Source: Candidatus Saccharimonadota bacterium (GTDB lineage Bacteria > Pseudomonadota > Gammaproteobacteria > Enterobacterales > Enterobacteriaceae). Taken from it: DNA of 32,000 nt. Shown one piece after another: positions 8,769 to 18,729 of this stretch. Positions within the stretch are counted from its first letter, which is position 1. Each line of letters starts with the position of its first letter. The position numbers were made by a program, and so were the translations under genes. The notes below the pieces were generated by a model. That model was not told where the DNA came from. It made no database searches and saw nothing but the letters and a program-made list of their open reading frames with translations. Location: NCBI GenBank assembly GCA_041941765.1, contig CP145869.1, positions 60,001 to 92,000 of the forward strand. Direction: 5' to 3'.

Positions 8769-10745
8769 ATGTTATTAGAAGGTCAAGTTATTGCTCATCG
8801 GGAGGGATATGGTTTTTTAAAAGTAGATGGATATCAAAAAGATTTTTATCTGTCATATGAACAAATGAAATTTTGTCTTCATGAAGATATCATTTTAGCT
8901 GAAATTATTATCAATAAAAGGAAAGAACGAAAAGAAGCTCGCTTTGTAAAAGTGACAAAACCACGAAATAATATTATTGTAGGATATTATTGTAAAAGTC
9001 ATTTAGGTCGGAATTTTGTACAACCTTATGATGATCGATTAAATTTTAAGATTATTATTTCTTCAGATTATAAAGAAATATTACCAATGGGTTGTATTGT
9101 GATAGTGAAATTAATACGTACTAAAAACAATAAATCCATTGGTGGAAAAATTATCAAAAAACTTGGAAATAACATGACTATTCAAATAGCTATTAATATA
9201 GCATTACGTAGTCATAATATCCCATATATATGGCCATCAAGTGTTAAACGAGAAATAAAAAATTTTTTATCCTCATCTACTGATGATTATTATTCGACCA
9301 CCTTTTTAAAATTACATAATCGAGTAGATTTACGAGCGTTGCCATTTGTTACTATTGATAATGACGATGCAAAAGATTTTGATGATGCGGTTTATTGTGA
9401 AAAGATAGAAGGAGGTAAATGGAGATTATTAGTGGCAATAGCTGATGTAAGTTATTATGTGAAACCTTATAGTGCTATAGATAAAGAAGCTTGTCATCGT
9501 GCCACTTCCATCTATTTTCCATTACATGTCATTCCAATGTTACCTGAAATATTATCTAATAATTTATGCTCTCTTATTCCTAATAAAGATAGATTATGTT
9601 TAATATGTGAAATGATTATTTCTCCTAATGGGAAATTATTATTTTATAACCATTATGAAGGCATAATATGTTCTAAAGCACAATTAACATATAATATAGT
9701 CTGGGAAATTTTAAAAGGTAATAAAGAGTTACATTTACAGTATAAGTCTTTATTAAAACTTTTAAACGATTTATATGAAATCTATCATATTTTAACAGAT
9801 GCTAGTAAAAAACGTGGTTGTCTTTCATTTGAAATTGAAGAAGCTAAATTAATCCTCAATTCTAAGGAATGCATTGATAGAATTGAACCAATCATTCGTA
9901 ATGATGCATACAAAATAATAGAAGAGTGTATGATATTAGCTAATATTGCTTCGGTTCATTTTGTAGAAAAATATCAACAACCCATGTTATTTCGTGATCA
10001 CGATCGACCTAATAATACTAGTATTAGTAAATTTACTTCTTTTCTTCATGAAAGAGGTTTATTTCTTAGAGGCGGTAATCAACCAAAATCAAAAGATTTT
10101 TCAGATTTATTAATATATGTTATGAATAATCGTCCAGATTGTCAAATTTTACAAAAAACTATGCTTCGATCTATGCAGCAAGCTGTTTATGCTGCAGAGA
10201 ATCGAGGACATTTTGGATTAGGTTTAACTAAATATACCCATTTTACTTCACCTATTCGACGTTATCCAGATTTATTATTACATAGAATAATAAAATATAT
10301 TTTATATAAAAAAGGAATAAAGAATAATAGTTATTATCATTATACTATTAAGCAAATGAGATTATTGGGCAAACATTGTTCTTTAGCTGAAAGAAGAGCC
10401 GAAGAAGCTACAAGAGAAGTAGAAAATTGGTTAAAGTGTGATTTTATGAAAAATAAGATAGGTAAGATTTATACAGGAAATATTACTCTTATTACTAAGT
10501 TGGGTTTGTTTGTAAAATTAAAAGAATATTTTATAGAAGGTTTAGTACATATTTCTACTTTAAAAGATGATAAATATCAATTTGATTCCATTCATCAAAA
10601 ATTAATTGGAAATATCAAAAAAAATACTTACTGTCTTTATGATACAGTGATGGTAAAAATATTAGCAGTTAATATGAAAGAACAAAAAATAGACTTAATG
10701 CTTGTTACTAAAAATACAATTGCTGATGGTGTTAATAAGATATAA
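8769..10745 (+). CDS. rnr: Ribonuclease R (VacB), compact form lacking N-terminal HTH region and basic C-terminal tail
   Basis: 658 aa. ...GYGFLKVDG... (CSD1), DLR.LPFVTID..DAKDFDDAVYCEK, WRL.VAIADVSYYV, YFP..VIPMLPE.LSN.LCSL.P, HFGL.L..YTHFTSPIRRYPDL..HR and a C-terminal S1 domain align with E. coli RNase R residues ~84 to ~720. Confidence 0.95.
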   Translation: MLLEGQVIAHREGYGFLKVDGYQKDFYLSYEQMKFCLHEDIILAEIIINKRKERKEARFVKVTKPRNNIIVGYYCKSHLGRNFVQPYDDRLNFKIIISSDYKEILPMGCIVIVKLIRTKNNKSIGGKIIKKLGNNMTIQIAINIALRSHNIPYIWPSSVKREIKNFLSSSTDDYYSTTFLKLHNRVDLRALPFVTIDNDDAKDFDDAVYCEKIEGGKWRLLVAIADVSYYVKPYSAIDKEACHRATSIYFPLHVIPMLPEILSNNLCSLIPNKDRLCLICEMIISPNGKLLFYNHYEGIICSKAQLTYNIVWEILKGNKELHLQYKSLLKLLNDLYEIYHILTDASKKRGCLSFEIEEAKLILNSKECIDRIEPIIRNDAYKIIEECMILANIASVHFVEKYQQPMLFRDHDRPNNTSISKFTSFLHERGLFLRGGNQPKSKDFSDLLIYVMNNRPDCQILQKTMLRSMQQAVYAAENRGHFGLGLTKYTHFTSPIRRYPDLLLHRIIKYILYKKGIKNNSYYHYTIKQMRLLGKHCSLAERRAEEATREVENWLKCDFMKNKIGKIYTGNITLITKLGLFVKLKEYFIEGLVHISTLKDDKYQFDSIHQKLIGNIKKNTYCLYDTVMVKILAVNMKEQKIDLMLVTKNTIADGVNKI

Positions 10746-10748
10746 TAT

Positions 10749-11501
10749 ATGGATGAATTTATTTTTGGAATTCATACAATTTCTTCTCTTTTACAATTTC
10801 ATCCAGAAAAATGTAAAAACATATATATAACTCCTCATTACCAGAATAAACGTTTAAATAACATTTTAAAAATTATAAAAAATCGAGGAATTTTAATAAA
10901 AACCGTATCAAAGCAATGGTTAGATTTAAAATCTCAAGGAGGAGTACATCAAGGTATTATAGCTAAAATATCATGTAGTTCTTCATTACCTGCAGAAAAG
11001 CATTTAGTACCTTTTCTAAAAAACAAAAATGATCCCATTTTATTAATTTTAGATTGCATAACAGATCCACATAATTTAGGAGCTTGCATACGTAGTGCTT
11101 ATGCAGCAGGTGTAGATGCAATAATTTTACCAAAAAATCGATCGGCCAAAATTAATAATGCGGTTGTAAAAAAAGTAGCTTGTGGAGCTATAGAAAATAT
11201 TGCTATATTTAGAGTTACAAATATTTCTCGTACTATTCAAATACTTCATAAATATAATATAAAGGTAATAGGTACTAGTCACACTGCTAAAAATAACCTT
11301 TTTAATACTTCAATGACAGGTGCTATAGCTATAGTTATGGGATCAGAAGATAAAGGATTACGGAATTTAACACGACAATATTGCGATTATTTAATTAATA
11401 TTCCTATGTTTCGTCAATTCTCATCACTAAATGTTTCTGTAGCCACAGCAATTTGTCTTTTTGAAACAATAAGACAACGTCATTTTAATAAAAATCTATA
11501 A
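10749..11501 (+). CDS. rlmB: 23S rRNA (guanosine-2'-O-)-methyltransferase RlmB (SpoU/TrmH family)
   Basis: 250 aa. ...GVHQGIIAK..., LILD.ITDPHNLGAC.RSA.AAGV.A.I.PK.RSA, KKVACGA.E....RVTN..RT and SSLNVSVATAICLFE..RQR match E. coli RlmB. The position after rnr is the same as in E. coli. Confidence 0.93.
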   Translation: MDEFIFGIHTISSLLQFHPEKCKNIYITPHYQNKRLNNILKIIKNRGILIKTVSKQWLDLKSQGGVHQGIIAKISCSSSLPAEKHLVPFLKNKNDPILLILDCITDPHNLGACIRSAYAAGVDAIILPKNRSAKINNAVVKKVACGAIENIAIFRVTNISRTIQILHKYNIKVIGTSHTAKNNLFNTSMTGAIAIVMGSEDKGLRNLTRQYCDYLINIPMFRQFSSLNVSVATAICLFETIRQRHFNKNL

Positions 11502-11589
11502 TTAAGATTTTTAATCTATTAAAGATATGTTATACCTAACAAAGATTTTTAAAAACCTAATTACAATTTTAAGAAGGAGTATTTTAATA

Positions 11590-11958
11590 ATGCATCATTA
11601 TGAGATTATTGTTTTAGTTAATCCAGACTCTAGTAACAAAGTATCAGAAATCATACAATTCTTTACTAATCTTATCAAAAAACATGATGGAATAATTCAT
11701 CGTATAGAAGACTGGGGACGACGTCAATTATCATATTCTATAAATAAGTTACATAAAGCTCATTATGTTTTAATAAATATAGAAGTTTCAAATAAGTCCA
11801 TTGATGAGATAGATCATTATTTGCATTATAATAATGATATTATTAGAAATATTATTATTCGAGTAAAAAAGGCCATTACTGAACTATCGCCTATGATGAA
11901 ATCCATCCAAAACAAAGATGAAAAAAATGAAGAGCAATTAAATACTAATCAATCATAA
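11590..11958 (+). CDS. rpsF: 30S ribosomal protein S6
   Basis: Homology to E. coli S6 begins at MHHYEIIVLVNPD (E. coli MRHYEIVFMVHPD). AAGGAG at 11574-11579 lies 10 nt upstream of ATG 11590. The 21 upstream codons of the track ORF were discarded. Confidence 0.95.
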   Translation: MHHYEIIVLVNPDSSNKVSEIIQFFTNLIKKHDGIIHRIEDWGRRQLSYSINKLHKAHYVLINIEVSNKSIDEIDHYLHYNNDIIRNIIIRVKKAITELSPMMKSIQNKDEKNEEQLNTNQS

Positions 11959-12036
11959 TATTATTTAATAATAAAAAATATTGAATAATACTTTAAATTT
12001 AGATTAAAATCACTAATCAAAAGGATAATAACTAGA

Positions 12037-12264
12037 ATGACATATTCTTTACGTCGAAAAAAATTTTGCAAATTTACTGCTGAAAATATTCAACAAATAG
12101 ATTACAAAGATCTTGTAACTATAAAAAATTATATTACTGAAACTGGTAAAATTGTTCCCAGTCGTATTACTGGAACATCTTCAAAATATCAAAGAAAATT
12201 AGCTAAAGCTATTAAAATAGCTCGTTATCTTTCTTTATTACCATATACAGATCGACAACAATAA
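12037..12264 (+). CDS. rpsR: 30S ribosomal protein S18
   Basis: 75 aa. ...[17 protein letters not shown]....[39 protein letters not shown] matches E. coli S18 almost residue for residue. Confidence 0.98.
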   Translation: MTYSLRRKKFCKFTAENIQQIDYKDLVTIKNYITETGKIVPSRITGTSSKYQRKLAKAIKIARYLSLLPYTDRQQ

Positions 12265-12291
12265 ATGTCTTATAAGAAGAAGATAGAAAAC

Positions 12292-12741
12292 ATGTTAATT
12301 ATTTTACTTGTAAAAATCCCCAATCTTGGTGAGATTGGTGAAACAGTTAAAGTTAAACCAGGTTATGCACGTAATTTTTTACTTCCAAAAAAAAAAGCAT
12401 TATTGGCTTCCAAAGAAAATCTAAAATTTTTTAATGATTATCGTGCCAAAATTGAAGCTCAAAAATTAAATGAATTAGAAATCGCTCGAAAACGTCAAGA
12501 ACAAATTTCTAAATTATCAGAATTCACTATTTATACTAAATCTAATCAATTAGGAAAGTTATTTGGTTCCATTGGTATTAATGATATTCTTCAACATTTT
12601 AATACTGTAGGTATTAAAGTTAATAAAAAGGAAATTATATTACCCAATGGATTATTACGTAACACGGGTCAACATGAAGTTATTATTAAATTACATCCTA
12701 ACATAATGGTAAATATTACGGTTAATATAATAAATAAATAA
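12292..12741 (+). CDS. rplI: 50S ribosomal protein L9
   Basis: 149 aa from ATG 12292 (MLIILLVKIPNLGEIGETVKVKPGYARNFLLP), versus E. coli [32 protein letters not shown] (149 aa). The track ORF has 9 extra upstream codons abutting the rpsR stop. Confidence 0.94.
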   Translation: MLIILLVKIPNLGEIGETVKVKPGYARNFLLPKKKALLASKENLKFFNDYRAKIEAQKLNELEIARKRQEQISKLSEFTIYTKSNQLGKLFGSIGINDILQHFNTVGIKVNKKEIILPNGLLRNTGQHEVIIKLHPNIMVNITVNIINK

Positions 12742-12753
12742 TTTTATTTATTT
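12732..12753. repeat. Perfect AT-only inverted repeat (AAATAAATAA TT TTATTTATTT) spanning the stop codons of rplI and rplQ
   Basis: Bases 12732-12741 pair with 12744-12753 (10 bp, all A-T). The repeat contains the rplI TAA (12739-12741) and the complement of the rplQ TAA (12748-12750). Any terminator function is speculative. Confidence 0.6.
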
Positions 12754-13125
12754 TTTTAACTGATGCTTCTTATCATTTAAGATTTCTAAATATGCCATGG
12801 ATGCTTTATCACCACTTCTATAACCACATTTTAAGACTCGTGTATAACCTCCAGGACGATTTATTAATCGGGGTGCTAATTCATTAAAAAGTTTATTAAG
12901 AGTATCATTATTTCTAATTTTGGAAAAAATTAATCGACGATTAGATAAATTATCTATTTTAGCTCTCGTAATTAATGGTTCAATAAAACGTCGTAATTCT
13001 TTAGCTTTTGGTAATGTAATTTTGATTATTTCATCTCTTACTAAATTAATGATTAAATTACGAAATAATGCATGACGATAACTACTTTTACAGTTAAGTT
13101 TACGTCCAATTTTATGATGACGCAT
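12748..13125 (-). CDS. rplQ: 50S ribosomal protein L17
   Basis: 125 aa. [11 protein letters not shown]...[10 protein letters not shown]...L...[19 protein letters not shown] matches the E. coli L17 pattern. It is the last gene of the alpha operon. Confidence 0.97.
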   Translation of the reverse strand: MRHHKIGRKLNCKSSYRHALFRNLIINLVRDEIIKITLPKAKELRRFIEPLITRAKIDNLSNRRLIFSKIRNNDTLNKLFNELAPRLINRPGGYTRVLKCGYRSGDKASMAYLEILNDKKHQLKK

Positions 13126-13154
13126 GTTATTATTAACCTATTCTTATAGTGTTG

Positions 13155-14150
13155 TTATTTATTAATGGAGGGAGGCCAATTCTCTAAACGCATGCCTAAT
13201 TTTAATCCTTTAGAAGCTAATACATCTTTAATTTCATTAAGAGATTTTTTTCCTAAATTAGGTGTTTTCAATAATTCAACTTCAGTTTTTTGTACCAAAT
13301 CACCAATATAATGAATTGACTCCGTTTTCAAACAATTTGCTGATCTAACAGTTAATTCTAAATCATCAACAGGATGTAATAAAATTGGATCAAAATCTGG
13401 TTTTTCTTCCTTTATTTCAGTAGAAATTTTATCTCGTAAATCAATGAATGCTTCAAGTTGGTCAGCTAAAATAGTAGCCGCACGTTTAATTGCTTCTTCT
13501 GGATCGATAGTTCCATTAGTTTCCATTTCTATTACTAATTTATCTAAATCTGTACGTTGTTCAACTCGTGCAGCTTCAACATTATAAATAATCCGTTTTA
13601 TCGGACTATAATATGCATCAATTAATAAATGTCCTATAGGACGTTCTTTATTATTATTAAGTTCAGAGTTAATTCTTGCTGTAGCAGCTGGCATATAACC
13701 CCGACCACGTTCAACTTTTATACGCATATTTATACTTGCTGTTTCGTTAGTTAAAGTACAAATAGTATGTTCTGGATTAATAATGTTTACACTATTATCA
13801 TGAACAATATCTGCAGCACTTACTATGCCTTTTCCAGATTTATTAATTATAATCACAGCATTATCTTTATCGTGGATTATAAGAGCTAATTTTTTTAAAT
13901 TAAGAAGAATATCTATTATATCTTCCTTTATACCTGGTTTACTACTATATTCATGTAATATTCCTTCAATTTCAACTTCTGTTACTGCACAACCAGGAAG
14001 TGATGATAATAAAATTCTTCTTAATGCATTACCTAAAGTATGACCAAAACCTCGTTCTAATGGTTCTAAAACTATCTTTGCATGTGTTGAGCTTTTATGC
14101 TCAATATTCACGATTCGTGGTTTTAAAAAAGTTGTAACAGAACTTTGCAT
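13155..14150 (-). CDS. rpoA: DNA-directed RNA polymerase subunit alpha
   Basis: 331 aa. [12 protein letters not shown]......... [31 protein letters not shown] and C-terminal ...[56 protein letters not shown] match E. coli RpoA. Confidence 0.99.
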   Translation of the reverse strand: MQSSVTTFLKPRIVNIEHKSSTHAKIVLEPLERGFGHTLGNALRRILLSSLPGCAVTEVEIEGILHEYSSKPGIKEDIIDILLNLKKLALIIHDKDNAVIIINKSGKGIVSAADIVHDNSVNIINPEHTICTLTNETASINMRIKVERGRGYMPAATARINSELNNNKERPIGHLLIDAYYSPIKRIIYNVEAARVEQRTDLDKLVIEMETNGTIDPEEAIKRAATILADQLEAFIDLRDKISTEIKEEKPDFDPILLHPVDDLELTVRSANCLKTESIHYIGDLVQKTEVELLKTPNLGKKSLNEIKDVLASKGLKLGMRLENWPPSINK

Positions 14151-14164
14151 TCTATCCTCTAAAA

Positions 14165-14785
14165 TTATTTCGAATAAAGTTCAACAATAAGATGTTCATT
14201 AATATCCATAGGTAAATCTGCTCGCTCTGGTATACGTTTGAACACCCCTTCTAGTTTTGATAAATTAACTTCTAACCAACTTGATTGTTCTCTTTGTTTA
14301 GCAATATCTAATGCAGCTTGAATTCTTGATTGTCCTTTAGCTTTTTCATGAATTCTAATTATATCATTAGGATGTACCCTATAAGAAGGAATATTAATAA
14401 TTCTATTATTTACAATTACTGATTTATGAGAAATAAGTTGTCTTGCTTCTGCACGTGTTGATCCAAAACCCATACGATAAACTACATTATCTAAACGACT
14501 TTCAAGTATAAATAAAAGATTGTCTCCAGTATTACCTTTTATACGCGTAGCTTTATTATAATAATTACGAAATTGACGTTCTAATATACCGTATATTCTA
14601 CGTACTTTTTGTTTTGCTCTTAATTGTCTTCCATAATCTGATAATCGTGTTTTACGAATTCCATGCTGTCCTGGAGCTTTATCTACGTGACATTTAGAAT
14701 CAATTTCGCGAATTCCAGACTTTAAAAATAAATCTGTACCTTCTCGACGATTAAGTTTGAGTTTTGGACCTAAATATCTTGCCAT
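14165..14785 (-). CDS. rpsD: 30S ribosomal protein S4
   Basis: 206 aa. [27 protein letters not shown]......PGQHG... and ...[26 protein letters not shown]...VN.R..NIPSY match E. coli S4. Confidence 0.99.
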   Translation of the reverse strand: MARYLGPKLKLNRREGTDLFLKSGIREIDSKCHVDKAPGQHGIRKTRLSDYGRQLRAKQKVRRIYGILERQFRNYYNKATRIKGNTGDNLLFILESRLDNVVYRMGFGSTRAEARQLISHKSVIVNNRIINIPSYRVHPNDIIRIHEKAKGQSRIQAALDIAKQREQSSWLEVNLSKLEGVFKRIPERADLPMDINEHLIVELYSK

Positions 14786-14811
14786 GTTTTTTCCTTTTCA
14801 AAATTATTGTG

Positions 14812-15201
14812 TTATACTCGTCTTTTTTTTGGAGGTCTACAACCATTATGAGGAATAGGAGTTACATCAATAATATTTATTATACGAAAACCTGCTGTAT
14901 TAAGGGCTCTAATACTAGATTCTCTGCCCGGTCCTGGACCATTGACCATAATTTCTAAGTTTTTCATTCCATAATTTTTCACTAATTCTGCACATCGTTC
15001 AGCAGCTACTTGTGCTGCAAATGGAGTCGATTTACGTGATCCACGAAATCCTGAACCTCCCGCTGTAGCCCAAGCTAATACATTACCTAATTGATCAGTA
15101 ATAGTAACTATAGTATTATTAAAAGAAGCATGAATATGAGCAATACCGTCAGTAACAGATTTTTTAAGACGTTTACGTATTCGAAGTGATGATTTAATCA
15201 T
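14812..15201 (-). CDS. rpsK: 30S ribosomal protein S11
   Basis: 129 aa. ...[96 protein letters not shown]. Confidence 0.99.
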   Translation of the reverse strand: MIKSSLRIRKRLKKSVTDGIAHIHASFNNTIVTITDQLGNVLAWATAGGSGFRGSRKSTPFAAQVAAERCAELVKNYGMKNLEIMVNGPGPGRESSIRALNTAGFRIINIIDVTPIPHNGCRPPKKRRV

Positions 15202-15227
15202 ATTATAATATTTCCTAGTTGAGTTTT

Positions 15228-15584
15228 TTATGATTTAAAAATTTTACGCGGACCTTTCCTAGTACGTGCATTAGTTTTAGTACGTTGACCTCGTACAGGA
15301 AGACTTTTACGATGACGTAATCCACGATAACAACCTAAATCTATCAATCTTTTGATATTTAATGTTACTTCTCTACGTAAATCTCCTTCAATAGAATAAT
15401 GAGAAACTTGAGTTCGTAATTTTTCTAATTCTTCTTCTGATAAATCTTTAATTTTTAATTCAGGATTAATACCTGTAGAACGACAAATAATCTTAGAAAT
15501 ACTTCTTCCTATACCATAAATTGACCTTAAAGCAATAACTATATGTTTGTTATCTGGTATATTGATTCCTGCTATACGTGTCAC
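15228..15584 (-). CDS. rpsM: 30S ribosomal protein S13 (GTG start)
   Basis: 118 aa. (M)[21 protein letters not shown]...S..I......I........L.E.....LR..V.....EGDLRRE....[35 protein letters not shown]. The start codon is GTG (complement of CAC at 15582-15584). Confidence 0.98.
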   Translation of the reverse strand: MTRIAGINIPDNKHIVIALRSIYGIGRSISKIICRSTGINPELKIKDLSEEELEKLRTQVSHYSIEGDLRREVTLNIKRLIDLGCYRGLRHRKSLPVRGQRTKTNARTRKGPRKIFKS

Positions 15585-15635
15585 TCTTATTTACTCCTAT
15601 ACTTCTTTTGATTTAATTAATAAGGTTAGTAATTA

Positions 15636-15749
15636 TTATCCTTGCCGTTGTTTATGTTTTGGATCAATACATATAACTCTTACTACACGTCCACGTTTAA
15701 TAATTTTACAATTTCTACATATTTTTTTTACCGAAGTCCGAACCTTCAT
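15636..15749 (-). CDS. rpmJ: 50S ribosomal protein L36
   Basis: Not in the ORF track because it is too short. I translated the - strand by hand and got [37 protein letters not shown] (37 aa), versus E. coli [38 protein letters not shown]. It sits at the expected position between secY and rpsM. Confidence 0.95.
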   Translation of the reverse strand: MKVRTSVKKICRNCKIIKRGRVVRVICIDPKHKQRQG

Positions 15750-15797
15750 TGATTTATTCTCTCCACAAAATTTGTTTAATTAATAATGAAATTGTTA

Positions 15798-17138
15798 TCA
15801 TTTATTTTTTATTTTTTTAAATAATGATTCATACTGTTTAGACATTATGATGGTTTGTATTTGAATCATGAAATCCATGATAACGACTACTATAATAAGT
15901 AGTGAAGTTCCACCGAAATGAAATGGTACTTGAAAAGTAGTTCGTATAATTTCAGGAATTAAACAAATTAAAGATACATATAATGCTCCTATTAGAGTTA
16001 AACGATTTAAAATATTATAAATATATTTTGCCGTTTGTTCTCCCGGACGAATACCAGAAATAAAGGCTCCTGATTTTTTAAGATTATCTGCAGTTTCACG
16101 AGAATTAAAAACTAAATTAGTATAAAAAAAACAGAAAAAAATTATAGCTATTGTATATAAAATTATATGTAATGTTTGTCCAGGTTGTAAATATACTAAA
16201 AACATTTTTAGTACATTCCATTGACTCATTCCTCTTCCAAACCATGAGAGAAGAGTTATTGGAAATAATATTAAATTAGACGCAAATATTGCTGGAATTA
16301 CACCAGCCATATTTATTTTTAAAGGTAAATGTGTACTAGATTGAGCTATTCCACTATAATTTAAACGTCGTGAATTAGGTCTAATTGCATAATTCACAAT
16401 TATACGTCTTTGTCCCTTTTCTATAAAAACTATAATAAAAGTCATTCCTAAAATTAATAATATTACTAATATTAATGCTAATAAATTTATATCTCCTTGC
16501 CGAGATTGTTCTATTGTATTAATAATAGTATTTGGTAATCCTGCGACTATTCCAGTATAAATTATTAATGAAGTTCCATTACTAATACCATATTCAGTCA
16601 TCTGTTCAGTTAACCACATAAGAAACATAGTTCCAGTTACTAAACTAACTATTGCAGTTAAATAAAAAGAAAAACCATTATTTAATATTAAAATTTGTAT
16701 ATAAGGTATATGTGGTAAACTCGTAACTATTCCAATTGATTGTAATACAGCTAATAGAAAAGTAGCATAACGTGTATATTGATTGATTTTACTACGTCCA
16801 ATTTCTCCTTCTTTTTTTAGTTCAGCTAAACCTGAATGCATTACAGTCAGTAATTGAATAATAATTGACGCAGATATATAAGGTATAATTCCTAATGCAA
16901 ATATAGATGCACGACTAACTGCACCTCCCGAAAACATATTAAACATATCTAATAACGTACCATGTTGTTGTTCTACTAATTGAGACAAAAACATAGTATT
17001 AATTCCTGGAATAGGTATAAAACACCCAATTCTAAAAATTAAAACTGTAGTAAAAACAAAAATCAATCTACGTTTAATTTCACTCCAACTACTTAAATTT
17101 TTTTTAAAATTCAAAAAATAATTTTGGTTTATATTCAT
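15798..17138 (-). CDS. secY: Protein translocase subunit SecY
   Basis: 446 aa. ...E.KRRL.FV......FRIG.FIPIPGI..., [81 protein letters not shown] and [25 protein letters not shown] match E. coli SecY. Confidence 0.99.
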   Translation of the reverse strand: MNINQNYFLNFKKNLSSWSEIKRRLIFVFTTVLIFRIGCFIPIPGINTMFLSQLVEQQHGTLLDMFNMFSGGAVSRASIFALGIIPYISASIIIQLLTVMHSGLAELKKEGEIGRSKINQYTRYATFLLAVLQSIGIVTSLPHIPYIQILILNNGFSFYLTAIVSLVTGTMFLMWLTEQMTEYGISNGTSLIIYTGIVAGLPNTIINTIEQSRQGDINLLALILVILLILGMTFIIVFIEKGQRRIIVNYAIRPNSRRLNYSGIAQSSTHLPLKINMAGVIPAIFASNLILFPITLLSWFGRGMSQWNVLKMFLVYLQPGQTLHIILYTIAIIFFCFFYTNLVFNSRETADNLKKSGAFISGIRPGEQTAKYIYNILNRLTLIGALYVSLICLIPEIIRTTFQVPFHFGGTSLLIIVVVIMDFMIQIQTIIMSKQYESLFKKIKNK

Positions 17139-17141
17139 TAT

Positions 17142-17585
17142 TTATTTCTCTACTATATTACCCATACTTTCTAGTACCTTACGAGCTCCTTTTGTCACTC
17201 TAATATTAGAATGGTTTTTTATAGTAACAGAATTTAATATTTTCCCTGATAAAATAATTTTAACAAATTTTATATTATAACTAATAATATTAGCTAATTT
17301 GAGTGAATTTAAATCAATAATTTTCTGATTTATTTGATTTAAATCAGAAAGCGTAATTTCTTGAGTAAATCTTGACTTTTGTGAATGAAATCCAAATTTT
17401 GGTAAACGACGACGTAAAGGAGTTTGTCCACCTTCAAATCCTCTTTTAATTAAACCACCTGAACGAGATTTTTGTCCTTTGTGACCATATCCACAAGTTT
17501 TACCTTTGCCTGAACCAATTCCACGACCTACTCTTTTTGAGGTAGATTTAGAACCTACAGATGGATATAAAGTATTTAAATACAT
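17142..17585 (-). CDS. rplO: 50S ribosomal protein L15
   Basis: 147 aa. M.LNTL.P..GSK...[25 protein letters not shown]....[16 protein letters not shown] matches E. coli L15. Confidence 0.98.
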   Translation of the reverse strand: MYLNTLYPSVGSKSTSKRVGRGIGSGKGKTCGYGHKGQKSRSGGLIKRGFEGGQTPLRRRLPKFGFHSQKSRFTQEITLSDLNQINQKIIDLNSLKLANIISYNIKFVKIILSGKILNSVTIKNHSNIRVTKGARKVLESMGNIVEK

Positions 17586-17589
17586 ACAT

Positions 17590-17790
17590 TTATTCTTCTA
17601 TGTTTTTTGGTTGTACAATTGTTGTTACCATATAATAAATATGAATTAACATCCCTCTTATTGCTGGTGTATTTTTACGTTGTACAGTATGTCCAATATG
17701 ACGTAAACCTAAACAACGTAATGTAGCTTTATGTTTTGGTAAACATCCAATTGCACTACGTATTTGAGTTATTTGAATAAAATTATCCAT
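17590..17790 (-). CDS. rpmD: 50S ribosomal protein L30
   Basis: 66 aa. ...[34 protein letters not shown]......MV matches E. coli L30 (59 aa), with a short C-terminal extension. Confidence 0.96.
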   Translation of the reverse strand: MDNFIQITQIRSAIGCLPKHKATLRCLGLRHIGHTVQRKNTPAIRGMLIHIYYMVTTIVQPKNIEE

Positions 17791-17836
17791 AAAATTTTAT
17801 AAGTATTTTTTATTATAAATAAAAATATTTATTTAA

Positions 17837-18337
17837 TTAATAAATACTTTTACCTCTTTTAGCTGCTATCATTTGAGGAGATTTCATTTTAACTAATCCA
17901 TTAAAAGTTGCTCGAACTACATTAATAGGATTAGTAGAACCATAAGTTTTAGCTAAAACATTTCGAACTCCAGCAACTTCTAATACAGCACGCATGGCTC
18001 CTCCAGCAATTATTCCAGTTCCTTCATATGCTGGTTGCATAATTACTCGAGATCCTGTATGTACTCCTTTTATCTGATATTGTAATGTTCCATTATTTAA
18101 CATGATATTAATCATATTACGACGAGCTTTGTCCATAGCTTTTTGAATAGCTATAGGTACTTCACGAGCTTTGCCATAACCAAAACCTACTTTTCCATTA
18201 CCATCTCCTACAACAGTCAAAGCTGCAAAACTAAAAATTCTTCCCCCTTTGACTGTTTTAGAAACACGATTCACTACTATCATTTTTTCGTGTAGTTCAC
18301 CAACGTGTTGCTTCTTATTAATAAGACTTTTAATCAT
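17837..18337 (-). CDS. rpsE: 30S ribosomal protein S5
   Basis: 166 aa. ...[54 protein letters not shown]...LNNGTLQ......[47 protein letters not shown]. Confidence 0.99.
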   Translation of the reverse strand: MIKSLINKKQHVGELHEKMIVVNRVSKTVKGGRIFSFAALTVVGDGNGKVGFGYGKAREVPIAIQKAMDKARRNMINIMLNNGTLQYQIKGVHTGSRVIMQPAYEGTGIIAGGAMRAVLEVAGVRNVLAKTYGSTNPINVVRATFNGLVKMKSPQMIAAKRGKSIY

Positions 18338-18365
18338 GAATTTTTCTTCCTTCAGAAGAATATTA

Positions 18366-18728
18366 TTAGAATTTTAGTCCATTACTCCTAGCAGCATCAG
18401 CTAACGCTTGAATACGACCATGATATAAAAAACCCGATCTATCAAAAGACACTACTCGTATTCCTTTTTTTAAAGCACGTTCAGCGATTAGTTTACCAAC
18501 TATTTCTGCTGCAGTTTTATTACCAGTATTAATTAATTGAGATTTAATATGTTTTTCTAAAGTAGAAGCTGCTATTAAAACTTCGCAACTACCACTTAAA
18601 GCTGATATAATAATTTGTGCATAAATATGTCGTGGAGTACGGTTGATTACCAATCGTATAGTATTTAATTTTTTCAAATGATTTCTAGTGCGTGCAGCTC
18701 GACGAAGTCGAATAGATTTTTTATACAT
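18366..18728 (-). CDS. rplR: 50S ribosomal protein L18
   Basis: 120 aa from ATG 18728 ([15 protein letters not shown]...), versus E. coli MDKKSARIRRATRAR. It also matches ...[10 protein letters not shown]... and [21 protein letters not shown]. The 30-codon upstream extension in the track overlaps rplF and was discarded. Confidence 0.96.
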   Translation of the reverse strand: MYKKSIRLRRAARTRNHLKKLNTIRLVINRTPRHIYAQIIISALSGSCEVLIAASTLEKHIKSQLINTGNKTAAEIVGKLIAERALKKGIRVVSFDRSGFLYHGRIQALADAARSNGLKF

Positions 18729-18729
18729 A

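Noticed and set aside
11527-11589. 21-codon 5' extension of the rpsF track ORF
   Set aside because: S6 homology begins at MHHYEI (ATG 11590), which has an AAGGAG 10 nt upstream. The extension has no counterpart in S6.
13825-14043. 72-aa + strand ORF
   Set aside because: It is antisense within rpoA and is a shadow ORF.
14764-14958. 64-aa + strand ORF across the rpsD/rpsK junction
   Set aside because: It is antisense to two conserved ribosomal protein genes and has no homology signal.
15547-15783. 78-aa + strand ORF in the secY-rpsM gap
   Set aside because: It is antisense to the rpsM 5' end and to the genuine rpmJ gene (15636-15749, - strand), which explains this region.
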